DNA of 64,000 bases from Clostridia bacterium (GTDB lineage Bacteria; Bacillota; Clostridia; UMGS1883; UMGS1540). Positions 61,348 through 64,000 of the stretch are shown here, in pieces (within the stretch, counting starts at the first letter, position 1; each line of letters begins with the position of its first letter). The position numbers and the translations under genes are program-made. Where the stretch lies: positions 28 to 64,027 of the forward strand of contig JAZSLT010000024.1 of assembly GCA_045535515.1 (NCBI GenBank), written 5' to 3'. Below the pieces are notes generated by a model. That model did no database searches. It saw only the letters and a program-made list of their open reading frames with translations, and had not been told where the DNA came from.

Positions 61348-62538
61348 ATGCAATTATCAAAAAAATATTCTGCCATCAGTCCCTCGCCGACGCTGACGAT
61401 AGACGCAAAGTTCAAAGCGATGAAGGCAGAGGGCGTGGATGTTGTTGGATTTGGTGCCGGCGAACCGGATTTTGATACGCCGGCGCATATTAAGGCGGCG
61501 GCTATAAAGGCTATTGAAGAGGGTGTAACCAAGTATACACCTGCATCCGGCACGCTGCAGCTCAAGCAAGCTGTTTGCAAGAAACTGAAGACGGAGAACG
61601 GCCTTTCCTATGCACCGGGCGACATTGTGGTCAGCAACGGTGCCAAGCATTCTCTCACCAATGTATTTGGTGCCATTTTAAATCCGGGCGATGCCGTTAT
61701 CATTCCGGCACCCTACTGGGTAAGCTATCCGGAGATGGTCAAGCTGGCAGACGGTGTGCCGGTTATCTTAAACACTAAGGAAGAAAATGGATTTAAGTTT
61801 ACGGCAGCGGAGCTGGAAGCGGCCATTACGCCGAATACAAAGGCCATGGTCTTAAACAGCCCGTCCAATCCTACCGGCATGGTGTATACGAGAGAGGAGC
61901 TTTTGTCGATTGCCGAGGTGGCGGTAAGACATGGAATTTATGTCGTTTCCGACGAAATTTATGAACACCTGATTTACGAGGGCGAAAGAGTTTCTATCGC
62001 CTCTTTGGGTGAGGAAATCAAAAAGCAGACGATTATTGTAAACGGTCTTTCCAAGACATTTGCCATGACAGGCTGGCGAATTGGCTACACAGCATCTGCC
62101 CCGGAGATTGCAAAGCTGATGGCAAGCGTGCAAAGTCACGCCACCTCCAATCCCAACTCTATCGCACAGGCGGCCGCTGTAACGGCGCTGGAGGGCGGAC
62201 TGGATTTCGTTTGCGAAATGAAGGCAGAATATAAGCGCCGCCGCGATTACATGGTGTCCCGCATCAACGGCATAGAAGGTCTTTCCTGCAAAAAGCCTGC
62301 CGGCGCATTTTATGTAATGATGAACATGAAGGCGCTGATAGGGAAGAAATATGAAGGCGAAAGTATAGATTCTGCGGCGAAGTTTGCGGAGCTGTTTTTA
62401 GATAAGGCACGCGTGGCCGTTGTCCCCGGCGAAGGCTTTATGGCAGATGGCTATGTAAGATGGTCGTATGCTACGAATATGGAAAATATCCGGAAAGGTC
62501 TTGACAGGCTGGAGGCTTTTGTAAAGGCACTTTCTTAA
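61348..62538 (+). CDS. Class I aspartate aminotransferase
   Basis: GAGEPDF, NSPSNPTG, SDEIY and SKTFAMTGWRIG motifs; TTGCAT-17-TATTAT promoter at 61288. Confidence 0.92.
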   Translation: MQLSKKYSAISPSPTLTIDAKFKAMKAEGVDVVGFGAGEPDFDTPAHIKAAAIKAIEEGVTKYTPASGTLQLKQAVCKKLKTENGLSYAPGDIVVSNGAKHSLTNVFGAILNPGDAVIIPAPYWVSYPEMVKLADGVPVILNTKEENGFKFTAAELEAAITPNTKAMVLNSPSNPTGMVYTREELLSIAEVAVRHGIYVVSDEIYEHLIYEGERVSIASLGEEIKKQTIIVNGLSKTFAMTGWRIGYTASAPEIAKLMASVQSHATSNPNSIAQAAAVTALEGGLDFVCEMKAEYKRRRDYMVSRINGIEGLSCKKPAGAFYVMMNMKALIGKKYEGESIDSAAKFAELFLDKARVAVVPGEGFMADGYVRWSYATNMENIRKGLDRLEAFVKALS

Positions 62539-62550
62539 AGGAGAAGAAAT

Positions 62551-62946
62551 ATGAATGTGATGGCATTGCTGCGTGCGAAAAGTACGGTAGCGTATCTTAC
62601 GGATACCTGCACCGTGCGGCAAGGGCTCGAAATATTCCGCGCCCATGGGTTTACGGCTATCCCTGTTTTGCGTGAGGATGGAAGTTATGCCGGCACCATC
62701 AGCGAGGGAGATTTTCTCTATCATATTTTAGATACAGGCGGGGATATCCGCACACAGGAGGGGCACCGCATTACGGAAATTCTGCGGCCGGACTGGAATG
62801 GTCCCGCGCGTATAGATGTGACGGTGGAGGAGCTTTTGGAACGGGTTTTGCGGCAGAATTTTATTCCTATGGTGGACGATAGAAATCTTTTTATAGGCAT
62901 TATTACAAGACAGGATATTATCCGTCATTTCATGGACGGGAAATAA
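62551..62946 (+). CDS. CBS domain protein (YkuL/DarB-like)
   Basis: TAIPVL...G.YAGTISEGD and VDDRNLFIGIITR motifs. Confidence 0.85.
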   Translation: MNVMALLRAKSTVAYLTDTCTVRQGLEIFRAHGFTAIPVLREDGSYAGTISEGDFLYHILDTGGDIRTQEGHRITEILRPDWNGPARIDVTVEELLERVLRQNFIPMVDDRNLFIGIITRQDIIRHFMDGK

Positions 62947-62966
62947 AGACGCGGGGAGGAATTTCC

Positions 62967-63806
62967 ATGCCGAACGATTTGGCTGTTTTTACAAATTGGG
63001 ATTCCGAGTTCATCTGCAGTAACATGGTTGCAAAAGAAGAAGGCGGGGAGCAAAGCCATGCCCATTACGCGTTAGTGCTGACAAAAAGAGCGGGTATCCG
63101 TTTTTTTGCAAATGGGGAAGACCGCATCCTGCATGCTATGACCATGGTGCTGATTCGCCCGGGGGATACATATTGCTTTTCGGCAGAGTCCGGCGAGGGA
63201 GAATATGCGGCTGTATGCTTTCGTGAGACGCCGGTTGAGGAATGCTTTTCGTATCTGTATGCAGACGGGAAGGCACTTCGCCGTGCGCTTCTGGAGGCCC
63301 CCATGCCGCCTATCCGTATGCTGGCGGAAAGGGAAAAGGGGCGTGTGCTGGACGCTATAGGCAAGCTGGAAGAGGCAAAGAGGGACAAAAGCGAGCACGG
63401 GAATATGCTGTTTCGGTTGTTTTTAGCCGAATGTATAGGCGCTTTGGCAGGGACGGCGGATGCCGGAGAAGAGGAAAAAACTCCGTTTTGGCTAAAGACA
63501 GCCTGCGAGAGAATGCGGGCGCATGAGAACTTTTCCGAAGGCCTCGGCCGCATGGTGGAAATCAGCGGAAAAACGAGAGAACATTTGCTGCGCAGCATGA
63601 AGAAATATAAAAATATGACGGGCAGCGAGTATATAAACGGCCTGCGGCTCCAATATGTAGCCGAAAAGCTTATCCAAAGTGAAGAGAGAATTGTAGATTT
63701 GTGTTATGAAAGCGGCTTTACAAGTCTTGACCATTTCGGAAAACAATTCCGGAAGAAGTATGGCATGTCTCCCACCGAATACCGCAAGGCGTACAGAAAC
63801 CAATAA
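62967..63806 (+). CDS. AraC family transcriptional regulator
   Basis: N-terminal cupin (HAH); C-terminal YIN.LRL...ESGF....F...F.K.YGMSP.EYR. Confidence 0.9.
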   Translation: MPNDLAVFTNWDSEFICSNMVAKEEGGEQSHAHYALVLTKRAGIRFFANGEDRILHAMTMVLIRPGDTYCFSAESGEGEYAAVCFRETPVEECFSYLYADGKALRRALLEAPMPPIRMLAEREKGRVLDAIGKLEEAKRDKSEHGNMLFRLFLAECIGALAGTADAGEEEKTPFWLKTACERMRAHENFSEGLGRMVEISGKTREHLLRSMKKYKNMTGSEYINGLRLQYVAEKLIQSEERIVDLCYESGFTSLDHFGKQFRKKYGMSPTEYRKAYRNQ

Positions 63807-63819
63807 TTTCGGCTTTGGC

Positions 63820-63848
63820 TTGACATGATAGTAAAAAAGGTATATAAT
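63820..63848 (+). promoter_or_regulatory. Consensus SigA promoter of serC
   Basis: TTGACA-17-TATAAT. Confidence 0.85.
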
Positions 63849-63878
63849 ATTTCTATTAATTTTTTGGAGGTAATACAA

Positions 63879-64000
63879 ATGGCAAATCGAGTATATAATT
63901 TTTCTGCGGGCCCATCCATGCTGCCGGAAGAAGCATTGGCGCAGGCTGCAGCAGAAATGCTGTCTTATGGCGATGCTGGCATGAGCGTAATGGAGATGAG
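63879..64000 (+). CDS. serC: Phosphoserine aminotransferase (5' part only)
   Basis: GGAGG RBS; [16 protein letters not shown]...GMSVMEM. Confidence 0.93.
   Translation, partial: MANRVYNFSAGPSMLPEEALAQAAAEMLSYGDAGMSVMEM

Overview
Gene-dense window from a spore-forming Clostridia-type Firmicute (gpr, spmAB, spoIID, spoIIQ-like, CIRCE/hrcA). Core housekeeping genes (purL, proS, rpmE, fakA, cysK, glyA, nth, hrcA-grpE-dnaK-dnaJ, folD, PBP1A, serC) surround a ~23-kb surface-polysaccharide operon (14.2-37.0 kb), the most unusual part. The operon combines a WcfR/AatB-type amino-sugar aminotransferase, four ATP-grasp ligases, a pyruvyltransferase plus FrhB-like Fe-S protein, a TRAP large permease with no binding protein in the window, tandem Wzy-like paralogs, and a kinase with the plant galacturonokinase signature next to a nucleotidyltransferase. 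Together these suggest (inference) uronic-acid import, salvage activation and amide decoration. A decayed copy of the kinase 5' end flanks an AT-rich acetyltransferase. Other oddities are an internally shortened HrcA, a hairpin overlapping the spoIID promoter and RBS, Cys/His repeats on PBP1A and a murT without gatD. I saw no tRNA, rRNA, CRISPR array or IS element. All family calls rest on motif recognition, not database searches.
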